Counted from the first letter of the stretch, positions 45,439-54,315 are shown. The stretch: 64,000 nucleotides of DNA from Candidatus Omnitrophota bacterium (GCA_030692045.1 JAUYCX010000049.1:106643-170642); one strand, 5' to 3'. Made by a program: numbers and translations. The notes: generated by a model from the letters alone, not told the origin.

Positions 45439-46136
45439 ATATTCTTGTTTCGATATTTAGATTAAGTGCATATCTTCATTCATCATTTTTTTATAAACGA
45501 AAGGTCGCTTCTATTTTAGGACATAGTCTTAAAGAAATAAATTTAATTTATAAAGAGGTTAGCAGTTCGCAGTGGTTCAAGGAAATTGCCCAAAAAAAGA
45601 ATATTAAGCAAGGGCTTTTTGATTTCAGTATGTTATCTCCCTTGAGGGCACAAACATTATATGTTCTTTGTAGGATAGCGAAGCCAGAAATAGTGGTTGA
45701 GACAGGCGTTTCTGAAGGTTTTTCTTCAACTTTTATTCTGCAGGCGTTAGAGAAAAATAATAAAGGTCATCTTTATTCCATAGATTTGCCTAATCAGCCA
45801 GGACAAAAGTTGCCAGAGAATAAGACAACCGGTTGGCTTATTCCCGAAGACCTTAAGAAAAGATGGATGCTTATCTTAGGTTCATCACGAGAGAAACTGT
45901 CTGCGCTTTTAAATGATTTAAAAAATATCGATATTTTCTTTCATGATAGCGACCACAGTTATGAAAATATGATGTTTGAATTTGAATCAGCTAAATCATA
46001 TCTTAAAAGTGGAGGGTTTTTACTTTCTGATGATATCACTGACAATAATTCCTTCAGGGATTTTTGTAACTTTAACAAATGCAATTATGTAAGATTATTT
46101 AAGTTGGGTATAATAAAAAAGATTAGCATTTTATGA
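45426..46136 (+). CDS. Class I SAM-dependent methyltransferase (Methyltransf_24/CmcI-like, tentative)
   Basis: IVVETGVSEGFSSTFILQAL .. LYSIDL .. IFFHDSDHSYENM resembles the CmcI/O-methyltransferase-type fold. 236 aa. Confidence 0.6.
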   Translation: MQKMNILVSIFRLSAYLHSSFFYKRKVASILGHSLKEINLIYKEVSSSQWFKEIAQKKNIKQGLFDFSMLSPLRAQTLYVLCRIAKPEIVVETGVSEGFSSTFILQALEKNNKGHLYSIDLPNQPGQKLPENKTTGWLIPEDLKKRWMLILGSSREKLSALLNDLKNIDIFFHDSDHSYENMMFEFESAKSYLKSGGFLLSDDITDNNSFRDFCNFNKCNYVRLFKLGIIKKISIL

Positions 46137-47611
46137 ATAAGAAAGTTGATGTAGTTTTATTCGGTTCAATTTTACCACCAGCTGATTTTAGAATTACCCC
46201 AGGTAGTTTCCCTTTAGGGTTATTGGCCCTGGCTCCAATTTTAAAACAGAAAGGATTATCTGTTGAGGTCATTAGTGGTGCTTTTAGGGATGCCCATCAG
46301 AGGTTAGAAGATACCATTAAACGTTGCAGATATTTCGGCGTTTCTTCTATGACTGGGCCATATTTAAAGATGGCAATTGATGTTTCAAAAGCAGTAAAAA
46401 GAAAATATCCTCATATTCCTATTATTTGGGGAGGAGTGCACGCTACATTATTATACGAAGAGACGATTAAAGAAGATTATGTTGATGTGATAGTAAGAGG
46501 CATGGGGGAAGATACGCTTTGGAGCTTAATAGAAGCATTGGAGAAAGGGCTGCCATTGAGTAATATTAAAGGAATTACATATAAAATTAACGGAAGAATA
46601 ATCTCTAATTCCGATATAGATATACCCGATATAAATAAATTTCCCAGTTTTGATTACAGTGACTTTTTGTCATATCGAGATGATATAAGTGAACTTCCTT
46701 ATATTTCAAGCAGAGGCTGTCCCTATGGCTGCACTTTTTGTGTGGCAAGCAAACTATATAATCGCAAATATTATTTTTATTCTGCAGAGAGAATGTTTGA
46801 GGATATAAGTGGACTTGTTGATGCATTTGGCTGCAATAGATTTACTTTTTGGGATGATAATCTTTTTGTTATAAAAGATAGATTAAAAAATTTCTGCCGG
46901 TTGCTGGTAGACAACGATATTAAGATTAAATGGTCGGCTTTTTGTCATTGTGATTTATTTCTAAAATATGATGATGAAATGGTAAGGCTAATGAAAGAAG
47001 CGGGCTTGGAGAATATTAGTTTTGGAGCCGAATCGGGTTCTCTCAAAATCCTAAATTTGATTAAGAAAAAGATAACACCTGAACAGATAGTCTCTTGTGT
47101 TTTAAGGACAAAGGAATTTAATATAGATGCTGATTTTACATTTATGACTGGTTTTCCGCAGGAAACAATGGATGATTTTAAACAAACGCTCTCACTTTTT
47201 AAAGAAATGCTAAAGATAAATCCTGATATTAGTATTAGGCTGTTTGCTTTTACTCCCTATCCTAAAATTCCAATTTTGGAGCAGGAACCGAGTCTTGCGC
47301 AATACTTTCCAAATACTATAGACAGCTGGGCTATTTTAACCTATCAAAATTATATTCCACAATGGTTAGATAAGGGTCGCCAAAAATTAATCGATAATAT
47401 CGTTTGGATGGTAAATTTTCTTTCCCGCAAGCAAAGACCAAAGACCCAGAACATTTTTTTTAATCTTTTACTTTACCTATATCATCTTAGCGCTTTATTC
47501 AGGCTAAAAATTAATTTCTTATCCTATGCTTTTGAATGGAAATTATTTAAATTCGCTTATAAAATTAACGCAAGGCTTATAGTGCAAAAAACTACAGAAT
47601 GGAAACTGTAA
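46133..47611 (+). CDS. B12-binding-domain radical SAM protein (paralogue 7)
   Basis: 492 aa with an ATGA overlap. Blocks IWGGVHATL and VRGMGEDTLWSL, linker INKFPSFDYSDF, cluster motif SSRGCPYGCTFCVA. Confidence 0.85.
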   Translation: MNKKVDVVLFGSILPPADFRITPGSFPLGLLALAPILKQKGLSVEVISGAFRDAHQRLEDTIKRCRYFGVSSMTGPYLKMAIDVSKAVKRKYPHIPIIWGGVHATLLYEETIKEDYVDVIVRGMGEDTLWSLIEALEKGLPLSNIKGITYKINGRIISNSDIDIPDINKFPSFDYSDFLSYRDDISELPYISSRGCPYGCTFCVASKLYNRKYYFYSAERMFEDISGLVDAFGCNRFTFWDDNLFVIKDRLKNFCRLLVDNDIKIKWSAFCHCDLFLKYDDEMVRLMKEAGLENISFGAESGSLKILNLIKKKITPEQIVSCVLRTKEFNIDADFTFMTGFPQETMDDFKQTLSLFKEMLKINPDISIRLFAFTPYPKIPILEQEPSLAQYFPNTIDSWAILTYQNYIPQWLDKGRQKLIDNIVWMVNFLSRKQRPKTQNIFFNLLLYLYHLSALFRLKINFLSYAFEWKLFKFAYKINARLIVQKTTEWKL

Positions 47612-49059
47612 AATCGGAGAGAAAAGATATCCATAAGATTATTCTTTTTAATGTAAACGATGCTTTTCCTGCAGGAGAAATATTTCAGGAACCTGCTCTG
47701 GGTTTGGGTTATATAAAGTCATATTTTGATATGTACTCTCATTTAAAAGACAAAATCAATATAACAATTTTAAAAAAAGATATTTGGCAGACGCTTGTAA
47801 TAGAGAAACCCGATGTCATTGGCATATCTTCTGTTACTCAAGATTATACCAACGCCATAAAATATGCCAAGAAAATTAAGCAGGCTGGTTCCAAGGCCTT
47901 AATAATAATTGGCGGAATACATATAAGTAATCTACCTGAATCATTCAATGATGTTTTTGATATTGGAGTAACAGATGAGGGAGAACAAACCTTTAAAGAA
48001 TTAATTGAATCAATCTATGAATTTGGTTTTGACAAAGAAAGATTAAGAACGATAAAAGGCCTGCTTTATAAAGAAGGAGAGGAGCTGGTAATGACAGGCA
48101 GAAGGGCCTTGATTGATGATTTAGATTCCATTCCGCCGCCATATAGAAAGTATCTAAAATTTAATACCCTTTTACACATCCTTACTGCAAGGGGCTGTCC
48201 TTACAAATGTGCTTATTGCTCATCGAGTGCTTTTTGGGGATATAAAGTAAGATTTCATTCGCCCAAAAGAATAATAGATGAGATGATAGAGTTAATTAAA
48301 GAATACCACCTTATGCACATTTCTATTTGGGATGATTTATTTGCCATTAACAAAAAGAGACTAAGAGAAATTGTTAATTTAATTAAAGATAATAGAGCAG
48401 TTTTTAAAGATATTACCTTCGGCGTTACAGCTAGGCCAAATGTTGTGGATGAGGAATTATGCGAATTATTAAGAGAGATGAATGTAACCCGTGTTTCTTT
48501 AGGCATCGAATCTGGGTCCGATAAAATGCTTAAAGTTTTGAATCGCAATATTACTGTTGAACAAAACCACAAGGCAGTCAAGGTACTTAAAAAATATAAG
48601 TTTACAGTTAACGGGGGAGTTATTGTCGGTTCACCTCAAGAGTCATTGGATGATTTAGAGAAGACCTATGACTTTGTATTAAGTTCTGAATTGGATGGAG
48701 GAGGAATTGGACTGGCGCTTCCCTATCCAAATACAGAATTCTGGAATTTCGCTAAGAAAAGAAATTTAGTGAGTGCCGATATGGACTTTTCAAAATTGGT
48801 TTTAATTCAGGATCCCACCAAATTAAAGGCAGAAGATGATTTTATATTTTTAAATGATACATTAAGCCGAAAGGATTTTCTTGAAATAGCCATAAAAATT
48901 CATAAATTATTTGTTAAAAAGAATGCTCTATCTTTTTTTAACCGCAAGAATTTTAATTTAAGAAATGTCAGAATGTCACTAAGTAATCCAAAATTATTTT
49001 TTCCATTCATAATGTATAATTTTAAAAAATTAATTAGGAGCTTATGTTTTCATGGCTAA
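47599..49059 (+). CDS. B12-binding-domain radical SAM protein (paralogue 8)
   Basis: 486 aa. Blocks IIGGIHISN and VTDEGEQTFKEL, linker LDSIPPPYRKYL, cluster motif TARGCPYKCAYCSS. Confidence 0.85.
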   Translation: METVKSERKDIHKIILFNVNDAFPAGEIFQEPALGLGYIKSYFDMYSHLKDKINITILKKDIWQTLVIEKPDVIGISSVTQDYTNAIKYAKKIKQAGSKALIIIGGIHISNLPESFNDVFDIGVTDEGEQTFKELIESIYEFGFDKERLRTIKGLLYKEGEELVMTGRRALIDDLDSIPPPYRKYLKFNTLLHILTARGCPYKCAYCSSSAFWGYKVRFHSPKRIIDEMIELIKEYHLMHISIWDDLFAINKKRLREIVNLIKDNRAVFKDITFGVTARPNVVDEELCELLREMNVTRVSLGIESGSDKMLKVLNRNITVEQNHKAVKVLKKYKFTVNGGVIVGSPQESLDDLEKTYDFVLSSELDGGGIGLALPYPNTEFWNFAKKRNLVSADMDFSKLVLIQDPTKLKAEDDFIFLNDTLSRKDFLEIAIKIHKLFVKKNALSFFNRKNFNLRNVRMSLSNPKLFFPFIMYNFKKLIRSLCFHG

Positions 49060-50092
49060 TTTTATTACTAGGTTCAGAAATTTAATAGTTGATTCATACC
49101 GAGGCAAGAAGATTATGCATTATTTATTAAAATCATTTATTTTTACTAAGAATCCAGTGTATAGATATTTGTGCCTTAAAGATATCCGTAATAAAATACC
49201 TTCTTTGGAAAAATTACCTGTTTTTGTCACAATCGAAAATACAAATTTGTGTAATCTTTCTTGCATTTTTTGCGCTAATGAGCAGATGGCAAGAAAAAGA
49301 GGTTTTATGGATGATAATTTATTCAAATCAATAATTGACCAATGCGTTTATCACGGAATTCCTAATGTATTAGTTCAAGGTTTTGGAGAACCGCTATTAG
49401 ATAAAGATTATGTTTCTAAAATAAGGCTTGCAAAGGAAAAGGGAATAAAATTTGTGCATTGTGTAACGAATGGAGTTTTGCTAAACAAGGCTCTTTCAGA
49501 AGAACTAATCAATGCAGGATTAGATTATATTTATATAAGCATTGATGCGGCAACCCCTGAAGTTTATAGCCAGGTACATCATTTACCTTCCAAGCAAATA
49601 CCCAGCGACGATTTTTTCACCATTGTTGAAAATATAGAACAGCTCATTAATATTAAGAAAAAAAATAGAACAAAAAAGCCTTTTATTGAAGTTCGGTTTA
49701 AAGATTTCGAACTAAATAAAAAAGACCTAATTTGTTTTATGGATAAGTATCGTGGAAGAGTAGATAAAGTAAACATTTACATGAATATTACTAATTGGCC
49801 CGGAAGCACTATCAGAAATAATTTACCCAGAGTAAGAATGCTGAAATTTCCCTGCTTTAATCTTTGGTCAACTTTATATGTTAGTTATGAAGGAAAGGTT
49901 TCACTTTGTTGTCAGGATTATGAATGTAAAGTTGTGATAGGGGATGTAAAAAAAGAGTCTCTTATAGAAATATGGAATGGGCATAAATTAAAAAATTTTC
50001 GCACTTTGCATTTAGAAAATAAGTTTGATGAAATTTCGATTTGTGGAGATTGTGTGGTAAATACTCATCTAGTTACTCCTTGGTGGCAATAG
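49052..50092 (+). CDS. Radical SAM protein with SPASM/twitch-type C-terminal auxiliary-cluster domain
   Basis: 346 aa. The N-terminal cluster motif is NTNLCNLSCIFCAN. The C-terminal region CFNLWSTLYVSYEGKVSLCC fits C-x13-G-x4-C, and ICGDC follows. Confidence 0.8.
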   Translation: MANFITRFRNLIVDSYRGKKIMHYLLKSFIFTKNPVYRYLCLKDIRNKIPSLEKLPVFVTIENTNLCNLSCIFCANEQMARKRGFMDDNLFKSIIDQCVYHGIPNVLVQGFGEPLLDKDYVSKIRLAKEKGIKFVHCVTNGVLLNKALSEELINAGLDYIYISIDAATPEVYSQVHHLPSKQIPSDDFFTIVENIEQLINIKKKNRTKKPFIEVRFKDFELNKKDLICFMDKYRGRVDKVNIYMNITNWPGSTIRNNLPRVRMLKFPCFNLWSTLYVSYEGKVSLCCQDYECKVVIGDVKKESLIEIWNGHKLKNFRTLHLENKFDEISICGDCVVNTHLVTPWWQ

Positions 50093-50097
50093 AAAAT

Positions 50098-51915
50098 ATG
50101 ACAAAAAAGAAAATATTTTTTGTTCTGATTTTTTTTATTATACTTGAAATGATTATGACTTATCCACTTATTTTTAAAATAAATAGCCATATTCCTGGTT
50201 TTTTTTCAACCGATGAGCCTTATTCAGTCTTATGGAACGCTTGGTTTACAAAATACTCTTTAAAGCACGATCTTTCTATTAAAAAAACAGATTTTTTGGC
50301 ATATCCATTTGGAATAGATTTTTTTACTAATAAGCCAATAAATTATTTATGGTTTCTTATTAATTATTCTTACTCTATTTTGACAAATCCAGCATTAACC
50401 TACAATTTACAGATTATTTTTAATTTTTTATGTGCTGCTTTATTTACTTTCTTAGTAGTCTATCAACTTACCAAGAATGCCTTTTCTTCATTTTTATCAG
50501 GCATTGTCTTTAGTTTTTGTCCATATCTATTTGTGCGTTCTTGGCAGCATCTGGGTGAAACTTATCTTTGGACTATGCCTTTTGCTTTATGGGGTTTATT
50601 TCTTTTAAAAGATAAGTTATCGAACGGAAGAAAAACATTATTCATTTTAGGATTAGTCCTTACCACAATTGGTTTTAATTTCTATTATGTCGGGATTATT
50701 TTATTTACATTTTTTGTCTACTTTTTCCTAAATTATTTAAGGAATAACTCTTTTAAAAAAAAGAATGAGATGAGTTTCATTAAGAATGTTATCTTTTTAG
50801 GTTTTTTTGCTTTTTTAATTCTGCTGTTTCAGTTTCTCCCTGTAGTTAAAGGTATTATTAATGCATCTAGTTCCATTGCCTCAGCTCAAAATCCTTATCG
50901 CAGGCCATTTGAAGATTTATTTCTTTATTCAGCTAAGCCCTTGAGTTATTTTTTGCCTCCTGCTGTTCATCCCATATTTGGCAAGTTTACAGAGCAATTT
51001 ATAGGTTCTCCTTTTTATGGAGTTAGTTTTACTGAGCATGCGCTTTTTTTAGGTTGGGTGCCGCTTATTTTGGCTTTTATCGCAGTGCGAAGATATTGGA
51101 AAAATAAGAAACTCCTAACTCCTAACTCTGAACTACGAACTAACGAAGATTTTTATATTGGCTTTTTCATATTTCTGGCAATCGCGGCTTGGTTTTTCTC
51201 TCAGCCACCCTGGTGGAAAATAGGTCAATTCAAAATTTATTTACCTTCATTATTTATGTATAAACTACTTCCTATGTTTCGCGCTTATTGCAGATTTGGA
51301 ATTGTGGTAATGTTAGCTGTCGCAGTTTTAGCAGGGTTTGGTCTAAAGTTTATTTTAGATAAATTTAAAACTCAAAAAACAAAAATTATTATAACTTCAA
51401 TTTTTTGTGGTTTAATTCTCTTTGAATTTTGGAATTATCCGCCTTTTAAGGTGATTGATGTTAGCAAGGTGCCCCAAGTTTATTATTGGCTTAAACAACA
51501 GCCTAAAGATATTGTCATTGCAGAGTATCCTTTAGACGACAAAGGGCCAAATGAGATGTACAAATTTTATCAAACAAAACATGAAAAGAAAATTATTAAC
51601 GCCACTATACCTGCTACTTATGCTAATAAAGTTACAAAAGCAATTATTAAATTATCTGACCCATATTCAGCTGGGATTTTGAAATGGCTGGGAGTAAAAT
51701 TTGTGCTTGTGCATAGAGAAGACTATTTAAGATCAGAACTGGTTGAACAACACGATGAATTAAATAAGATTCCTAAAAACCCGGGTCTTAAATTAGTTAA
51801 AAATTTTCCTTCCCAAGTTTGTCCACAAAAGGACATAATGTGTGTTCAGAAAACTGGAATAATTGATGTTTATGAAGTAATAGCAAAGCCTATAAGGCCA
51901 GAAGCAAAAGAATGA
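50098..51915 (+). CDS. Large polytopic membrane protein with C-terminal soluble domain (GT-C/YfhO-like, tentative)
   Basis: About 605 aa from the ATG at 50098 (MTKKKIFFVL). After the first helix comes MTYPLIFKINSHIPGFFSTDEPYSVLWNAWF, which contains an acidic DE motif. There are more than 11 TM helices and then a ~170-aa hydrophilic tail. Confidence 0.45.
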   Translation: MTKKKIFFVLIFFIILEMIMTYPLIFKINSHIPGFFSTDEPYSVLWNAWFTKYSLKHDLSIKKTDFLAYPFGIDFFTNKPINYLWFLINYSYSILTNPALTYNLQIIFNFLCAALFTFLVVYQLTKNAFSSFLSGIVFSFCPYLFVRSWQHLGETYLWTMPFALWGLFLLKDKLSNGRKTLFILGLVLTTIGFNFYYVGIILFTFFVYFFLNYLRNNSFKKKNEMSFIKNVIFLGFFAFLILLFQFLPVVKGIINASSSIASAQNPYRRPFEDLFLYSAKPLSYFLPPAVHPIFGKFTEQFIGSPFYGVSFTEHALFLGWVPLILAFIAVRRYWKNKKLLTPNSELRTNEDFYIGFFIFLAIAAWFFSQPPWWKIGQFKIYLPSLFMYKLLPMFRAYCRFGIVVMLAVAVLAGFGLKFILDKFKTQKTKIIITSIFCGLILFEFWNYPPFKVIDVSKVPQVYYWLKQQPKDIVIAEYPLDDKGPNEMYKFYQTKHEKKIINATIPATYANKVTKAIIKLSDPYSAGILKWLGVKFVLVHREDYLRSELVEQHDELNKIPKNPGLKLVKNFPSQVCPQKDIMCVQKTGIIDVYEVIAKPIRPEAKE

Positions 51916-53729
51916 ATATTTTAGGAATTTCCTGTTTTTATCATGATAGCGCAGCTTGTCTTGTGCGAGACGGAGAGATTATGGGTGCAGTTCAGGAAGA
52001 ACGCTTTACCCGTAAGAAGCATGATTTTAATTTCCCCATAAACTCAATTAACTGGTGTTTAAAAGAAGGCGGTATTTGTGCTAATGATTTAGATTTTGTT
52101 GTCTTTTATGAAAAACCTTTTATAAAATTTGAAAGGATTTTAGAGACATATCTTACCTATGCGCCAGTAGGAATAAAGCAGTTTCTTCAGTCTTTGCCTT
52201 TATGGTTAAAACAGAAACTTTGGATTCCAGAGTTTATCTCTAAAGAGTTAAATTATAAAGGCAAAATTCTTTTTACTGGTCATCATGAGTCGCACGCTGC
52301 CTCTGCATTTTATCCATCGCCATTTAAAGAAGCCGCTTTTTTAACTATGGATGGCGTGGGAGAATGGGATACAGCAAGTTTTGGAATAGGCAAAGACAAT
52401 GATATTGAAATCTTATACACGCTTAAATTTCCCCATTCATTAGGATTGCTTTATTCTGCTTTTACTTATTATACAGGTTTTAAGGTAAATTCAGGAGAAT
52501 ATAAACTGATGGGCTTAGCTCCTTATGGAGAACCAAAATATGTAGATGTAATTTTAAATAAATTGATTGATATTAAAGAGGATGGTTCATTTAGGCTAAA
52601 TATGGAATATTTTGAATATTGTTATGGTTTTAGGATGATTAACTTCCGATTTGAAAAGTTATTTGGAGGGCCTGCCAGAAAGCCAGAAACGAAAATTACC
52701 CAAAAAGATATGGATATCGCTGCCTCAATCCAAAAAGTAACTGAGGAGATAATGCTTAGGATGGCTGGCCATGTCTATAAAATTACTGGTTTAGATAGTC
52801 TTTGTTTAGCCGGGGGTGTTGCTTTAAACTGTGTAGGTAATGGCAAAATTCTTCGAGAATGTCCTTTTAAGAATATCTGGATTCAACCAGCCTCAGGGGA
52901 TGCAGGAGGAGCTTTAGGAGCCTCTCTTTTTATTTGGTATAAATATTTAGATAACAAAAGAATTTGCGATAATAAAAATGATAAACAAAAGGCTTCTTTA
53001 TTGGGCCCATATTTTAGCGACAATTATATCCAAGATTTTCTTATAAAGGAGGGGGTTACTTATAAGAAATTATCTTGCTTGGAAATACCCAATATAGTTT
53101 CTGATTTGATTATTAGTGGCAATATCATTGGCTGGTTTCAGGGCCGTTTAGAATTTGGTCCTCGAGCATTAGGTGCAAGAAGTATTATTGGTGATGCTAG
53201 AAATCCCGAAATGCAATCCCGCATGAACTTAAAAATAAAATATCGCGAATCTTTTCGACCGTTTGCACCCACAGTTTTAAAGGAATATGTTTCAAGTTGG
53301 TTTGATTTGGATAGAGAAAGTCCTTATATGCTTTTGGTAGCTCCTGTTGAAGAAGGTAAAAGAGTAAAGGTAGAAAATCCCGCTACTAATCTGCAAGGAT
53401 TTGATAAATTAAAGGTAGTTCGCTCTAAAATCCCGGCAGTTACGCATGTTGATTATTCAGCCAGAATCCAAACAATTAAAAGAGAAGACTTACCTCTTTA
53501 TTATGATATGATTAATTTATTTTTTAAAAAAACTGATTGCCCTGTTATAATAAATACTTCATTTAATGTCCGGGGAGAACCGCTTGTATGTACACCCGAA
53601 GATGCTTTTAAATGTTTTATGAGGACAGAAATGGATTATTTGTTAATTGGAAGTTTCTTGTTGGATAAAAAGGAACAAAAACCTTTTGAGAAAGATATTA
53701 AATGGAAAGAAGTTTTTGAATTGGATTGA
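51912..53729 (+). CDS. Carbamoyltransferase (NodU/CmcH family)
   Basis: 605 aa. MNILGISCFYHDSAACL, GHHESHAASAF, LAGGVALNCV, GPRALGARSIIGD and NTSFNVRGEPLVCTP are the canonical N- and C-domain blocks. Confidence 0.9.
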   Translation: MNILGISCFYHDSAACLVRDGEIMGAVQEERFTRKKHDFNFPINSINWCLKEGGICANDLDFVVFYEKPFIKFERILETYLTYAPVGIKQFLQSLPLWLKQKLWIPEFISKELNYKGKILFTGHHESHAASAFYPSPFKEAAFLTMDGVGEWDTASFGIGKDNDIEILYTLKFPHSLGLLYSAFTYYTGFKVNSGEYKLMGLAPYGEPKYVDVILNKLIDIKEDGSFRLNMEYFEYCYGFRMINFRFEKLFGGPARKPETKITQKDMDIAASIQKVTEEIMLRMAGHVYKITGLDSLCLAGGVALNCVGNGKILRECPFKNIWIQPASGDAGGALGASLFIWYKYLDNKRICDNKNDKQKASLLGPYFSDNYIQDFLIKEGVTYKKLSCLEIPNIVSDLIISGNIIGWFQGRLEFGPRALGARSIIGDARNPEMQSRMNLKIKYRESFRPFAPTVLKEYVSSWFDLDRESPYMLLVAPVEEGKRVKVENPATNLQGFDKLKVVRSKIPAVTHVDYSARIQTIKREDLPLYYDMINLFFKKTDCPVIINTSFNVRGEPLVCTPEDAFKCFMRTEMDYLLIGSFLLDKKEQKPFEKDIKWKEVFELD

Positions 53730-54145
53730 AGGTTAAAGCTTATATGGATAAACTAAATTTAGAGAAAGAAAATTTGAGAAAATTCGGGCTAACAATGGGC
53801 GTTGTTTTTCTTATTATTACATTATTTATTCTATTCAAACATAAAAATTATAACTTAACTACTTTGATCGTCTCTGCAGTATTTTTTGTTATTACTTTAA
53901 CTGTGCCGATATTTTTAAAACCCATATATGTAATTTGGATGAGGTTAGCATATGTGTTAAGTTGGATTAATACGAGATTAATTCTATTCTTACTTTTTTA
54001 CCTTATCTTTACTCCCATTGGGCTAATAATGAAGCTATTTGGGGCTGATTTATTAGAAAGAAAGATTGATAAATCCCAGGATTCCTATTGGATAAAGCAG
54101 GACAAAAAGGCATTTGTTAAACGGCAGTATGAAAGACAATTCTAA
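53726..54145 (+). CDS. SxtJ-like small membrane protein
   Basis: 139 aa with three hydrophobic helices. It begins LRKFGLTMGVVFLII. It sits immediately after, and overlaps, the carbamoyltransferase gene, as sxtJ homologues do. TTG start at 53726 or ATG at 53744. Confidence 0.55.
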   Translation: MKVKAYMDKLNLEKENLRKFGLTMGVVFLIITLFILFKHKNYNLTTLIVSAVFFVITLTVPIFLKPIYVIWMRLAYVLSWINTRLILFLLFYLIFTPIGLIMKLFGADLLERKIDKSQDSYWIKQDKKAFVKRQYERQF

Positions 54146-54156
54146 AAGGGGTGAAT

Positions 54157-54315
54157 ATGAGTAAGCTCTATATATTGAAAGAATTCTGGTATTTTTTAAA
54201 AGAGAGAAAAAAATGGTGGCTTATGCCAATAGTTATAATGCTTTTGCTTCTGGGTTCTTTAATCTTTTTTACTCAGTCTTCGGCAGTTGCGCCTTTTATT
54301 TATACGCTTTTTTGA
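54157..54315 (+). CDS. Small membrane protein, SxtK/DUF5989-like (not in supplied ORF track)
   Basis: My own translation gives MSKLYILKEFWYFLKERKKWWLMPIVIMLLLLGSLIFFTQSSAVAPFIYTLF, 52 aa, ending at a TGA at 54313-54315. An AAGGGG SD-like sequence lies just upstream. The basic KERKKWW segment followed by a single TM helix matches the tiny proteins that accompany carbamoyltransferase/SxtJ pairs. Confidence 0.6.
   Translation: MSKLYILKEFWYFLKERKKWWLMPIVIMLLLLGSLIFFTQSSAVAPFIYTLF

Noticed and set aside
51112-51146. A heptanucleotide periodicity (CTCCTAA CTCCTAA CTCTGAA CTACGAA CTAACGA) inside the 50098 membrane-protein gene, considered as a phase-variation tract.
   Set aside because: Only two units are identical and the rest are degenerate. 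That is too short and too imperfect for efficient slippage. It simply encodes a hydrophilic loop (LLTPNSELRTNE).
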